Below are positions 37,322 to 47,475 of a stretch of DNA of 64,000 nucleotides, one piece after another. The notes under the pieces were generated by a model. That model ran no database searches, was not told where the DNA came from, and saw only the letters and a list, made by a program, of their open reading frames with translations. Both the position numbers and the translations under genes were made by a program. Each line of letters begins with the position of its first letter. Positions within the stretch are counted from its first letter, which is position 1. The stretch covers positions 134,478,001 to 134,542,000 of the forward strand of contig NW_027362764.1 in NCBI RefSeq assembly GCF_046119375.1. The letters run 5' to 3'. The stretch is from Phyllobates terribilis (taxonomy: Eukaryota).

Positions 37322-37345
37322 GCCTCCTGCCCCAGCCCCCGCCAT

Positions 37346-38191
37346 ATGCTGCCACACTCTGGCCGGAACCGTTATGCAGCCCGGAACCTCCACCCCCGGG
37401 CGCGGAACCCCGAAAAACCCCCACCAAGGGCCTTCCTGGAACCCTCGCCTCTGAGCGCTGCACCGGAGGGTTCCCCATACAGCGTCCTTCCGGAACCTCT
37501 GGTCCAGGGCGCTGAAGCTACGGGCCTGTTGCTGGGAGCCCTCCCGCCGCCTCCGTCATTTGAGTGGATCTACGGCGCGCCGGTCTTCGACTGGTCCGCC
37601 CGTTACGAGGATCAGCAGCCGTGCCCGCTCCTCCCAATACCAGCGCCCCCGGTTGCCTGCCCCGGCGGAGAGGAGTTCTGCTGGGACAACCGGGGGGGGA
37701 ATCTGATGGGATTCTCCCAGGAGACAGAGGCCACCGCCCAGCAGAGTAAGGAATTCTGCCGGCGGGAGCTCCGGCAATTGAAGAGGGAGCGACGCGCGCG
37801 GGAAGCGCGCAATGAATGCCTGGAGGCCCGTGACAAGGCCGCCAAGGCACAAGTCCGCCAGGCGGAGACAGCCAACCCCAGCCCCCGTGAGGAGGGCCTC
37901 ATTGTCAAATTTAATCTCAAGGCTGGGTGGGGCTTCATCCGTAGTCCCGAGTTCAACAGGGACATTTTCGTCAACCGGCGGGATGTGGAGCCTGAGCTGG
38001 AGGAAGGCCATCCTGACCGGAACCTGTATCCGGGAGACCAAGTCACGTTCACCCGGCATCATGGTGAGCGTGGCTGGTATGCCCTGCAAGTGTACCATGC
38101 CAACAAGGATGAACTGCTGCAGGAAGTCCCTCGTGACCCGGCTGGGTCAGGGAAGAACGAAGAGTACCCTAGGAGGGGTCCCCAGTACTAG
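37346..38191 (+). CDS. Internal ORF with a C-terminal cold-shock domain
   Basis: EGLIVKFNLKAGWGFIRSPEFNRDIFVNRRDV...LYPGDQVTFTRHHGERGWYALQV (37889-38092) aligns by eye with Y-box CSD; RNP1-like GWGFI, RNP2-like DIFVN. Confidence 0.85.
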   Translation: MLPHSGRNRYAARNLHPRARNPEKPPPRAFLEPSPLSAAPEGSPYSVLPEPLVQGAEATGLLLGALPPPPSFEWIYGAPVFDWSARYEDQQPCPLLPIPAPPVACPGGEEFCWDNRGGNLMGFSQETEATAQQSKEFCRRELRQLKRERRAREARNECLEARDKAAKAQVRQAETANPSPREEGLIVKFNLKAGWGFIRSPEFNRDIFVNRRDVEPELEEGHPDRNLYPGDQVTFTRHHGERGWYALQVYHANKDELLQEVPRDPAGSGKNEEYPRRGPQY

Positions 38192-38754
38192 GGTAGTACT
38201 GGACTGCACATAACTGAATATAGTCACCCGTCCGGGTGCTGAGTTTATCATGTTGTTTTTTTATAATATGTTTCCTTAGGTACCTGTAAGGGTATAGAGA
38301 CAATAGGGTAGAGGACAGTGATCTCCCTACAAACTTTCCATTGTAAATAAGTTTAGCACTTCTTAAAGTGCATCCTATTGGTTTTATAAGTGCAATCCAT
38401 ACTTCAGAACAAAAACCCGTTTGGCGTGGCGGAAGACGAGGTCCAGTATCTGGATCATCTATGCCCTGCAGCCATGCCCAGGGCCTACGTTGAGGGTTTG
38501 CGGACGGGTCCCTCATTCTGCTGCTGTTGCACCCTGGTGCAGAAACTCGCTTGAAAATGTTTTATATGAAAATTGTTTTATAGGAATAAGTGCTCTTAAG
38601 ATATTTTATATTCCATAATGTAACATTTAAAGTGATGTGCCTCCCAAAAAGGGAAGAATGTTTTTACAGTCTTATATGCGAATGCATTCTAAAAACTTTG
38701 CATGTCATATATCCCTGTTTTTGCTTTGTTCCAGCCCGCGGACGTGCTGTGTTT

Positions 38755-38767
38755 TACCGGGGGGGAA
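38755..38767 (+). promoter_or_regulatory. Polypurine tract
   Basis: ACCGGGGGGGAA abutting the 3' LTR TGT. Confidence 0.75.
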
Positions 38768-40854
38768 TGTGGCACCCCTGAGGGTTCGGTCGCCACAGAG
38801 GTGCTGCACCTCACCCAGAGGTGTTGTGTCTCCCTTCTCTCAGGTAAGGAAGGAGTGCTGCACGGAACCACAACACCTACATCCAACACTACACTACCCC
38901 AGGCCAGCAGTTGGAGCAAGACGCAATGTAGTTTTCTGCTGCGCTCTGACCCTGGCTGGGGTGGGGGGAACCCAAAGTCAGGGGGAACCAGTAGTGGGTG
39001 TGGGTGGAGGAAGAAGTTCATGGGAGCACTCATACAGTAAAGATATAGAATAGGGAAGCCATCTTAGGGTGGCAGTCTAGTAGTTGGTGAACAGCTTGGG
39101 AGCAGAGTCTCTCTAGGAGCTCTGCTCCATTTCAAGGGCCCAGGACTGAGGCCCAGGAGGGGAGCAGGGAGTAGGCTCCGATCTACTGAAGGGATCCTAG
39201 GGGGTACGGCGAGTGCAGGTGGCACCCGTACACCCCAAACCTGCCAGGTGTCAGGAGGATCTAGGCCGCAAGAAGGGGACCGGCCCCTAGCTCAGTCGTG
39301 CAGCTTCAAGCCTCGGCTGGAAAAACCGGAGGCTTCAGACTTCTATAGCAGAAGCCAAACTCTCACTTCATTCCAAAGTAAGGTCAAGCAGGTCTGTGCA
39401 ACTCCGACGGACAGGGGGGACCCCTCAGCACCCGAATAGGATTCACAGTGAGAAGCAGGAGGGAGTAAAGACCCAGCGTGAAGTCGGTCTAGGAAGGTAC
39501 ATATGAAAGTGGGGTTCTGCCAGGCACACCCGAGCTGCATGAGGAAGGACTGAACCCCTGCCCGGTGAACGCAGTGTGACGTGGGAGGCTTGCACCAGTA
39601 CTGTGCACCTGAGGAACTTGAACAGAACTGTGAGTAAACTCGGATGACTACACTGAACTGCCTCCGCTCCTTCATTTCGCCGGTACCTTTTCCCTCCATG
39701 CACTACTACGCCCAGTGCACCTCCTCCATCTTTCCTTACACTGCCCTGAGGCCTGCTCCACCTGTGGGGAGCCGTTCCATCTTAAGATGCCCTATCATCT
39801 GCCTCAGAGGACTGCCGCAGCGCTGGTGATCCTCACCAGACACCACAGGTGGCGTCACGACAATTTTCCCCAACCAAAATATTCCCCCTTTTTGAGTGAC
39901 CGCCCTGGGCCACGGACCGGGCCAGCCACCGTGATATCCCCCGGCAACCAGAGCCCCGGCTGCCGAGTACCCCACGGCCCTGGGGGCGCGTCATATTGCT
40001 CTTTATTGAAAGAGAAGATGCTACCATCACTCCATGCCCTTGGTAGACGTGCACTTTTAAAACATGACAATGAACCAAAACACACATTTACGGCCACTGT
40101 TACATTTCTGAAGAAGAAAGTGTGAAAGTGATTCAGTGGCCAAGTATGTCTGCTAATATGAACCCAATTGAACACCTATTGGGAATTCTGAAGAGAAAAG
40201 TTGAGCCTCACTCTCCATCCAGCATCCAGGCTCTAAAAGAGGTCATTCTTGAAGAACAGAAAAAGATAGATGTTGCAGTATGTCACCAAATTGTTAATAG
40301 CATGTCTAGAATACTTGGTGCTTTCCTTAAAAATCATGGAGGAATACTAGATGTAGCATTATTTGGTGTAGGGTGTATTCATTTTTGCATCAACTAATTT
40401 GAGTAAAACTTTCTATACTGAAAGTTATATTATTAACTTTACTTTCATGTTGTATGTTAAAAAAAGTGTTCTATGTAACTTAGTCTTGTCAAAATTTTGG
40501 AAACAGTTCTTGTGTTCAGTGACATATTGATTAAAATCTTATTTTTCATAGGGGGTGTACTCATTTATGCTGAGCACTGTATGTATCCTCTTGAGGTTTG
40601 GAAATGTACTCCTACTATATGGTTGTCTTTCCATTTATCTTCACAATTTCTTCTTGCATTACAAAAGTAGATCATAATCTAAACTTTAGTTAGAACCTGT
40701 GATTCTTACTATGCCATATGAAAACCTACATGCACTCAAGTCTCCTTGTGTGTTTTCCCTGCATGTGAGTTTCCTAAACCCCTATTACATGCACAATTGC
40801 ATTCTATCATAATCTTCACCGAACGTCCACAAATAATATGACAAGTGGCAGCAA

Positions 40855-42096
40855 ATCCCTGTGGGATCTCCTCCCAGACCTGGACTAAAGCATCCGCCAA
40901 CTCCTGGACAGTCTGTGGTGCAACATGACGTTGGTGGCTGGAGCGAGATATGATGTCCCAGATGTGCTCAATCGGATTCAGGTCTGGGGAACGGGCGGGC
41001 CAGTCCATGGCTTCAATGCCTTCATCTTGTAGGAACTGCTGACACACTCCAGCCACATGAGGTCTGGCATTGTCCTGCATTAGGAGGAACCCAGGGCCAA
41101 CCGCACCAGCATATGGTCTCACAAGGGGTCTGAGGATCTCATCTCGGTACCTAATGGCAGTCAGGCTACCTCTAGCGAGCACATGGAGGACTGTGCGGCC
41201 CTCCAAAGAAATGCCACTCCACACCATTACCGACCCACAGCCAAACCGGTCATGCTGAAGGATGTTGCAGGCAGCAGATCGTTCTCCACGGCGTCTCCAG
41301 ACTCTGTCACGTCTGTCACATGTGTTCAGTGTGAACCTGCTTTCATCTGTGAAGAGCAAAGGGCGCCAGTGGCGACTTTGCCAGTCCTGGTGTTCTGTGG
41401 CAAATGCCAAGCATCCTGCACGGTGTTGGGCTGTGAGCACAACCCCCATCTGTGGACGTCGGGCCCTCATACCGCCCTCATGGAGTCGGTTTCTAACCGT
41501 TTGTACAGACACATGCACATTTGTGGCCTGCTGGAGGTCATTTTGCAGGGCTCTGCCAGTGCTCCTCCTGTTCATCCTTGCATAAAGGCGGAGGTAGCGG
41601 TCCTGCTGCTGGGTTGTTGCCCTCCTATGGCCCCTCCACGTCTCCTGGTGTACTGGCCTGTCTCCTGGTAGCGGCTCTAGCCTCTGCACACTACGCTGAC
41701 AGACACAGCAAACCTTCTTGCCACAGCTCGCATTGATGTGCCATCCTGGATGAGCTGCACTACCTGAGCAACTTCTGTGGGTTGTAGAGTCCGTCTCATG
41801 CTACCACGAGTGTGAAAGCACAACCAACATTCAAAAGTGACCAAAACATCAGCCAGAAAGCATTGGTACTGAGATGTGGTCTGTGGTCCCCACCTGCAGA
41901 ACCACTCCTTTATTGAGGGTGTCTTGATAATTGCCAATAATTTCCATCTATTTTCTACTCCATTTGCACAACAGCATGTGAAATTGATTGTCAATCAGTG
42001 TTGCTTCCTAAGTGGACAGTTTGATTTAACAGAAGTTTGATTCACTTGGAGTTATATTCTGTTGTTTAAGTGTTCCCTTTATTTTTTTGAGCAGTG
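40855..42096 (-). mobile_element. Tc1 element, 3'-truncated, frameshifted transposase
   Basis: TIR CACTGCTCAAAAAAATAAAGGGAACAC+TA; [27 protein letters not shown]; N-terminus in another frame. Confidence 0.9.
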
Positions 42097-43406
42097 TATT
42101 ATAATTCTAGCAAAGAGCAGATACATTGTAATAATTGATTTTCTGTGTCTGTTAAACAAACACTGCCTGTCAATCTTGGAAAAGTAAGTATTTCTCAAGA
42201 TGCTTCTTTGTTCCTTTCTGTTCGGCAAACTTGTCCTCCAGTGTCCTCTATGAATAAATGTTTACTTTATATATCCATCATCTGCTATAAAACAAGCAGA
42301 AAAGAAAAGCCATATTGATCAAAGCAGCCTCCCAGTACAGCAGGATAATATAAGTCCTAACACTGAGAGTTTGCATAGTTGACATAAGATATTAAAACTA
42401 ACCGACCTATCATTTGTGGACTTATGAAATACGTGTCCATAAATGTCACGGTAAGCTATGAATAAAGAATAAAGCCGTGTTAAAGTAATATTCATGGCAG
42501 GTTCAGGCTTTCTTTGAATACAGCATTATCTTTATACAGTACTTGTGGAGCGAGATTTCTGTATTATCACACACTCCCTAATATTACTTCGTAACTTTTT
42601 AGTAGTTGGTGGGAAAAACACTAATTCTAACATAGGAATGCTGTTGCTTTAAATTTCTCAGTGGTTTATTAATGCAGGCATAAACCACTGTAAAGTCCAT
42701 GAAAACAAACAGGCCTTCCTTGGCAAAAATGATAAACAAAAGAAAACAGCACAGTCCAGTTGCCTGTGGGAATTCGTCCACACAAGGTTAACAGAACACC
42801 CACGGTTCAGGCTAGCACAAGCAGCTCTTTCCTCTGGAGTTAGCCTCTCCAGATACACTGAACTCCTAATGCCTCAGCAGGCTGTGTATTTAAACCCCAG
42901 ACCACATCCTGACTTCCCACCTGTTAGAATCTTGCTGTTAGTTTTTTTTTCCTTTGCTGGTCACATGACCTTGTTGGCCTATTTAATCCTGCTCCGCCCT
43001 TCTGGCTTTGCTGGACTTCATTGTATATCTACTTTCTAGCTAGCCTGTGCTCTGTATCTAACTCTGTTAGTTTGCTTGGTCTACGGACCTCTATGTTCTA
43101 TCTATTTTGTTTGTTCGTCTGTCTGCTACTATTTCTGTTAGGAGGTGTCCCATATTCCTCCCAGTCCTTAGTACTTGTAGGGATTCCCTCCTCACATCTA
43201 TAGGTCTCCGTACAGACTAGATTAGGACTTTAGCAGGTCTGATCGCAGGATCAGGTTCCCTGTTACATCGTAGGGATTCAGCTGAGTCTTATAGTAGGGA
43301 CAGATCTCCTCTCTTTCCTTAGCTTTGGTAGCAGAACATAACAGTAAGTCCAGCCTGCAAATTCTCTAAGGAAAGATTTTTTTTTTTTTTTTTTTTGTGT
43401 TCCATC

Positions 43407-44318
43407 ATGGTGTCGGTTCAGGATTTGGCTAAACACCTGCAGGGACTCTCTCTGGAAGTGGCCGAGCTCCGTCAGCACGTGAGTAACTGTCCTGGAGCAT
43501 ATTTCTTGGAGCCTAAGGTATGTTTGCCGGATTTATTTTTTGGTGAACATCGAGAATTTTTTTCATTTAAAAATGCTTGCTTATTGTATTTTCGTTTGAG
43601 ACCCAAGTCCTCTGGGGATGAATCCCAGCGCGTAGGGTTCATAATGTCACTTTTGCGCAAAGAGCCTCAGGAGTGGGCCTTTTCTTTGCAACCTAGTGAT
43701 ACATGCTTCAGATCAGTGGATAGTTTTTTTTCTGCTTTAGGACTATTATATGATGATCCTGACCGTGTGGCATCAGCTGAGACTGAGTTGAGACGTTTAA
43801 AACAAGGATCAGGTAATGTCGAAAAATATTGTACTCATTTTCGTCGTTGGTCCACTCAAACAGGGTGGAACGATTCTGCTCTGAAAAGTCTATTTCTTGC
43901 TGGGCTCAGTGAAAGGGTTAAAGACCTGCTAATTGCTTATCCTACACCTGAGGATTTGCAACAGGCTATGCAATTAGCTATACGGGTGGATAGAAGACTG
44001 CGTGCTAGGGTTAATGAGAGCAAATCCTCTGCTATGTCAGTTTCTGGTTATGATAATGTGTGTACTAACAGTGGTGAACCGATGGAGATTGGATCGGTGG
44101 CACCTCGCTCTCAAGAAAAAGACCGTCGTTTTTCAGAAGGCTTGTGTTTCTATTGCGGAAAATCTGGTCATTTGATTAAAGGCTGTGAGCTTCGTATGAA
44201 GAAAGAAAAAAAAAATGGTCAGTCACGCCCGTATTGCCTGTTTAAATTCCAAGGGTATATTTTTAGCTGCTTCCACGATTGCTCAGGAAAAATTAATGGA
44301 ATTTCGGGTGTTTGTTGA
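43407..44318 (+). CDS. gag: Gag (retrotransposon gag domain + CCHC knuckle)
   Basis: EPKVCLPDLFFGEHREF, LKQGSGNVEKYCTHF, EPMEIG, CFYCGKSGHLIKGC. Confidence 0.92.
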   Translation: MVSVQDLAKHLQGLSLEVAELRQHVSNCPGAYFLEPKVCLPDLFFGEHREFFSFKNACLLYFRLRPKSSGDESQRVGFIMSLLRKEPQEWAFSLQPSDTCFRSVDSFFSALGLLYDDPDRVASAETELRRLKQGSGNVEKYCTHFRRWSTQTGWNDSALKSLFLAGLSERVKDLLIAYPTPEDLQQAMQLAIRVDRRLRARVNESKSSAMSVSGYDNVCTNSGEPMEIGSVAPRSQEKDRRFSEGLCFYCGKSGHLIKGCELRMKKEKKNGQSRPYCLFKFQGYIFSCFHDCSGKINGISGVC

Positions 44319-47300
44319 TTGCGGGTCTACACTGAATGTAATTGATGGGGGATTCGTGGAAAAACTTAATTTAAAACCTGAACCTTTATCATCCCCCATT
44401 GCTGTGGTTTCTGTGGATGGCTCCCCTTTGAAGAATATTTCTCTCAAGGTCAGTGAATTTCCTCTCACTATTAATGGTGTTCACCATGAGAAATTGGATT
44501 TGGTAGTGTTGAATAACTTGCCTTCTCCAGTAATATTGGGTTTGCCCTGGTTAAAATTTCACAATCCTGTACTGGATTGGTCTACCAGTGAAATTAAATC
44601 CTGGAGCCATAAATGTTATGACAAGTGTTGTAACGGGCGTATTGCAGCTTTGGATAGGGGAGAATTGCCTGTTCCTATTCAGGATTTTTGGAGAGTTTTT
44701 TCTGAGAAGGAATCGCAGGTTTTGCCTCCCCATAGAGACTATGATTGTTCTATTGAATTTGTCCCTGGAGCGACTCTTCCTAAAAGTCGTTTATTTAACC
44801 TTACCATTCCTGAGAGGAAAGCTTTGGAGGAATACATACAGACAAGTTTGGCCGCCGGTCACATTAGGCCCTCTAAGTCTCCTGTGGCGGTTGGATTTTT
44901 TTTTGTAAAAAAAAAGGACGGCGGTTTACGTCCTTGTCTGGATTTTCGTGAGATTAACAAAATTACGGTACGCAATCCTTACCCACTGCCATTGATTCCT
45001 GATCTGTTTAACCAGTTATTGGGGGCCAAGTGGTTCTCTAAAATTGACCTTAAGGGGGCATACAATCTGTTGCGCATGAAGGAGGGTGATGAATGGAAGA
45101 CTGCTTTTAACACTCCTGTGGGTCATTTTGAGAATCTGGTTATGCCTTTTGGTCTTACTAATGCTCCTGCATTTTTTCAGAATCTGATTAATGACATCCT
45201 TAGACCTTTGATCGGTAAAAATGTGGTTGTGTATTTGGATGACATTTTGATTTATTCGCCAGATCTGGAGTCTCATTGGCGGAGCGTGCGTGAGGTATTA
45301 CAGTTATTAATGGACAATTCGCTTTTTGCTAAGCTGGAGAAATGTGAGTTCGTTGTACAGAGAATTAGTTTTTTGGGCTACATTATCTCCAGCAAAGGTT
45401 TTGAGATGGATCCGGTTAAGGTTCAGGCTGTGCAGGAATGGCCTAGGCCTATTGGTTTGAAATCGATACAGAGGTTTTTGGGTTTCGCCAATTACTACAG
45501 AAAATTCATAAAAAAATTTTCTAGTATTGTCAAACCTCTGACTGATTTCACCAGGAAAGGTGCTGATGCGGTTCAGTGGTCTTCTGAGGCCATTGAAGCT
45601 TTTGTGTATCTCAAGGAGAGGTTCACCTCTGCTCCCATCCTTATGCAGCCTGATGTTACTAGGCCGTTTTTGGTTGAGGTTGATGCTTCCTCTGTGGAGG
45701 TTGGCGCAGTATTGTCTCAGGATAACGGGGATGGATTACATCCCTGTGCCTTTTTTTCAAAAAAATTTTCGGAGACTGAACTGAATTACGATATTGGTAA
45801 TCGGGAATTATTGGCTATTAAACTCGCATTTGAACACTGGCGCCACTTCTTGGAAGGTGCGGAATTTCCCATTCAGGTTCTTACGGATCATAAAAATCTG
45901 ATATATCTTGATGCTGCCAAGCGCCTGAATGCCCGTCAGGCTAGGTGGGCACTGTTTTTCTCGCGGTTTAATTTCTCCGTTACTTACATCCCTGGTACTA
46001 AGAATGTTAAGGCGGATGCCTTGTCTCGCAGTTTTTCTCCCATAGTCGGTGCTGAGAAAGAGGAAAACATTTTACAAGAAGGTGTTGTGATAGCTGCTTT
46101 AGACTCCGTTTTGGAAGATGAGATTCTTAAAGCTCAGGAGAATGCCCCATCTAACACTCCTCATGGGAGGTTGTTTGTGCCTGGGACCTTTAGGAGAGAT
46201 TTGTTTGTTGAGTGTCACGAATCTCGGTTGGCAGGTCATCCCGGAATCTCTGAGACCAAGAGACTGGTGGGTCGCAGTTTTTGGTGGCCTGGATGGCAGA
46301 AGGAAGTCATTAAGTGGGTGCGCCAATGTACTATATGTGCTAGATCTAAGTCCTCACATACTCCTGCTGCGGGGTTGCTTTGTCCTTTGGAGGTCCCCAG
46401 TGCTCCTTGGACACATTTGGCTATGGACTTTATAACTGACCTTCCCTCCTCTGAGGGTTTTACTGTCATCTGGGTGGTCGTGGACCGTTTTAGCAAGATG
46501 TGTCACTTGGTTCCCTTCGTCAAACTGCCCTGCGCTAAAACTCTCGCTAAGGCCTTTGTCAAGGAAATTGTCAGACTTCATGGCGTTCCTACTGACATTG
46601 TTTCTGATAGGGGTCCTCAGTTCGTGGCTCGTTTTTGGCGTGCCTTTTGTGACAGGTTGGGAATTCATTTGTCGTTTTCGTCCGGATATCATCCTGAATC
46701 TAATGGCCAGACAGAAAGGAAAAACCAGGATGTTGAGCAGTTCTTGCGTTGTTTTGTGGCAGACAATCAAGAGGGGTGGTCTGAGTTTCTGCCACTTGCC
46801 GAATTTGCTCTGAACAATCATACATCTTCTTCTGCTGGTTGTTCGCCTTTTTTTTGTTGTTCTGGGAGACATCCGTCGTTTGGGTCGTTCTCCAAGTTGG
46901 GATCTGCCGTGCCTGAGGAGGAGAATTTTTCCGGTGATTTGGAAAGAGTTTGGACGGATGTGCGTGGTAATCTTCAGGAGGCCAACAGAAAATCTAAAGA
47001 CTACTTTGATAGGAAACGACAGGAGGTTTTGTTCGCTGTTGGTGACATGGTTTGGTTGTCCTCTAGGAATCTGCGGTTGAGGATTCCTTCTAAGAAATTG
47101 GGTCCCAAGTTTGTAGGGCCCTTTAAGGTGCTTCAGGTTGTCAACCAATCTGCTGTTAGGTTGGAGGTTCCTACCTCCTGGAGAATTAATCCGGTCTTTC
47201 ATGTCTCTCTGTTAAAAAAAGCTGTTGTGTCGGATGGTGACGCCTCTGCCTCTGTTCCTCCGGTGGTGGAGGACGGGGAATATGAAATTTCTCGCATCCT

Positions 47301-47475
47301 TGACTCTAGACGGTATAGAGGTAGTTTGCAGTATCTTGTGGCCTGGAAAGGTTTCGGACCCGAGGATAACTCTTGGGTTAGGTCAGATGATGTTTCCGCG
47401 TCCAGACTTATCAGAGCGTTTCACAGGAGATTTCCTGATAAGCCTGGTCCTAGGGGATCCGGAGGATCCTCTTAG
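44215..47475 (+). CDS. pol: Pol: protease, RT, RNase H, integrase, chromodomain (1086 aa, uninterrupted)
   Basis: VDCGS, YLDD, EVDAS, GHPG..C..C, MDFITDLP/SDRGPQF/ESNGQTER, YEISRILDSR..QYLVAWKGFGPEDNSW. Confidence 0.97.
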   Translation: MVSHARIACLNSKGIFLAASTIAQEKLMEFRVFVDCGSTLNVIDGGFVEKLNLKPEPLSSPIAVVSVDGSPLKNISLKVSEFPLTINGVHHEKLDLVVLNNLPSPVILGLPWLKFHNPVLDWSTSEIKSWSHKCYDKCCNGRIAALDRGELPVPIQDFWRVFSEKESQVLPPHRDYDCSIEFVPGATLPKSRLFNLTIPERKALEEYIQTSLAAGHIRPSKSPVAVGFFFVKKKDGGLRPCLDFREINKITVRNPYPLPLIPDLFNQLLGAKWFSKIDLKGAYNLLRMKEGDEWKTAFNTPVGHFENLVMPFGLTNAPAFFQNLINDILRPLIGKNVVVYLDDILIYSPDLESHWRSVREVLQLLMDNSLFAKLEKCEFVVQRISFLGYIISSKGFEMDPVKVQAVQEWPRPIGLKSIQRFLGFANYYRKFIKKFSSIVKPLTDFTRKGADAVQWSSEAIEAFVYLKERFTSAPILMQPDVTRPFLVEVDASSVEVGAVLSQDNGDGLHPCAFFSKKFSETELNYDIGNRELLAIKLAFEHWRHFLEGAEFPIQVLTDHKNLIYLDAAKRLNARQARWALFFSRFNFSVTYIPGTKNVKADALSRSFSPIVGAEKEENILQEGVVIAALDSVLEDEILKAQENAPSNTPHGRLFVPGTFRRDLFVECHESRLAGHPGISETKRLVGRSFWWPGWQKEVIKWVRQCTICARSKSSHTPAAGLLCPLEVPSAPWTHLAMDFITDLPSSEGFTVIWVVVDRFSKMCHLVPFVKLPCAKTLAKAFVKEIVRLHGVPTDIVSDRGPQFVARFWRAFCDRLGIHLSFSSGYHPESNGQTERKNQDVEQFLRCFVADNQEGWSEFLPLAEFALNNHTSSSAGCSPFFCCSGRHPSFGSFSKLGSAVPEEENFSGDLERVWTDVRGNLQEANRKSKDYFDRKRQEVLFAVGDMVWLSSRNLRLRIPSKKLGPKFVGPFKVLQVVNQSAVRLEVPTSWRINPVFHVSLLKKAVVSDGDASASVPPVVEDGEYEISRILDSRRYRGSLQYLVAWKGFGPEDNSWVRSDDVSASRLIRAFHRRFPDKPGPRGSGGSS

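Larger units (their letters stand above)
35411..39993 (+). mobile_element. Full-length non-autonomous LTR retroelement, family X (LTRs 35411-36643 and 38768-39993)
   Basis: Paired TG...CA LTRs (roughly 95% identical by eye), TSD TATT, PBS, PPT, no gag/pol motifs inside. Confidence 0.95.
34990..40579 (+). mobile_element. Tc1 relic interrupted by the full family-X element
   Basis: Transposase reads DIMNSQMY|CSLLKEKMLPSLHALGRRALLKHDNEPKHT across the insertion, then NPIEHL; right TIR ...GAGCACTG+TA at 40579. Confidence 0.8.

Noticed and set aside
37346-38191. YBX1 or LIN28 gene or retrocopy
   Set aside because: Low identity to the near-invariant Y-box CSD, no CCHC knuckles or Y-box tail, embedded between LTRs; no gene symbol assigned
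46354-47202. 282-aa ORF antisense to pol
   Set aside because: Shadow frame of a coding strand; no motifs
43407-47475. Domesticated PEG10/RTL1-like host gene
   Set aside because: Flanked by near-identical LTRs and a TSD with a full integrase-chromodomain: an ordinary young retrotransposon
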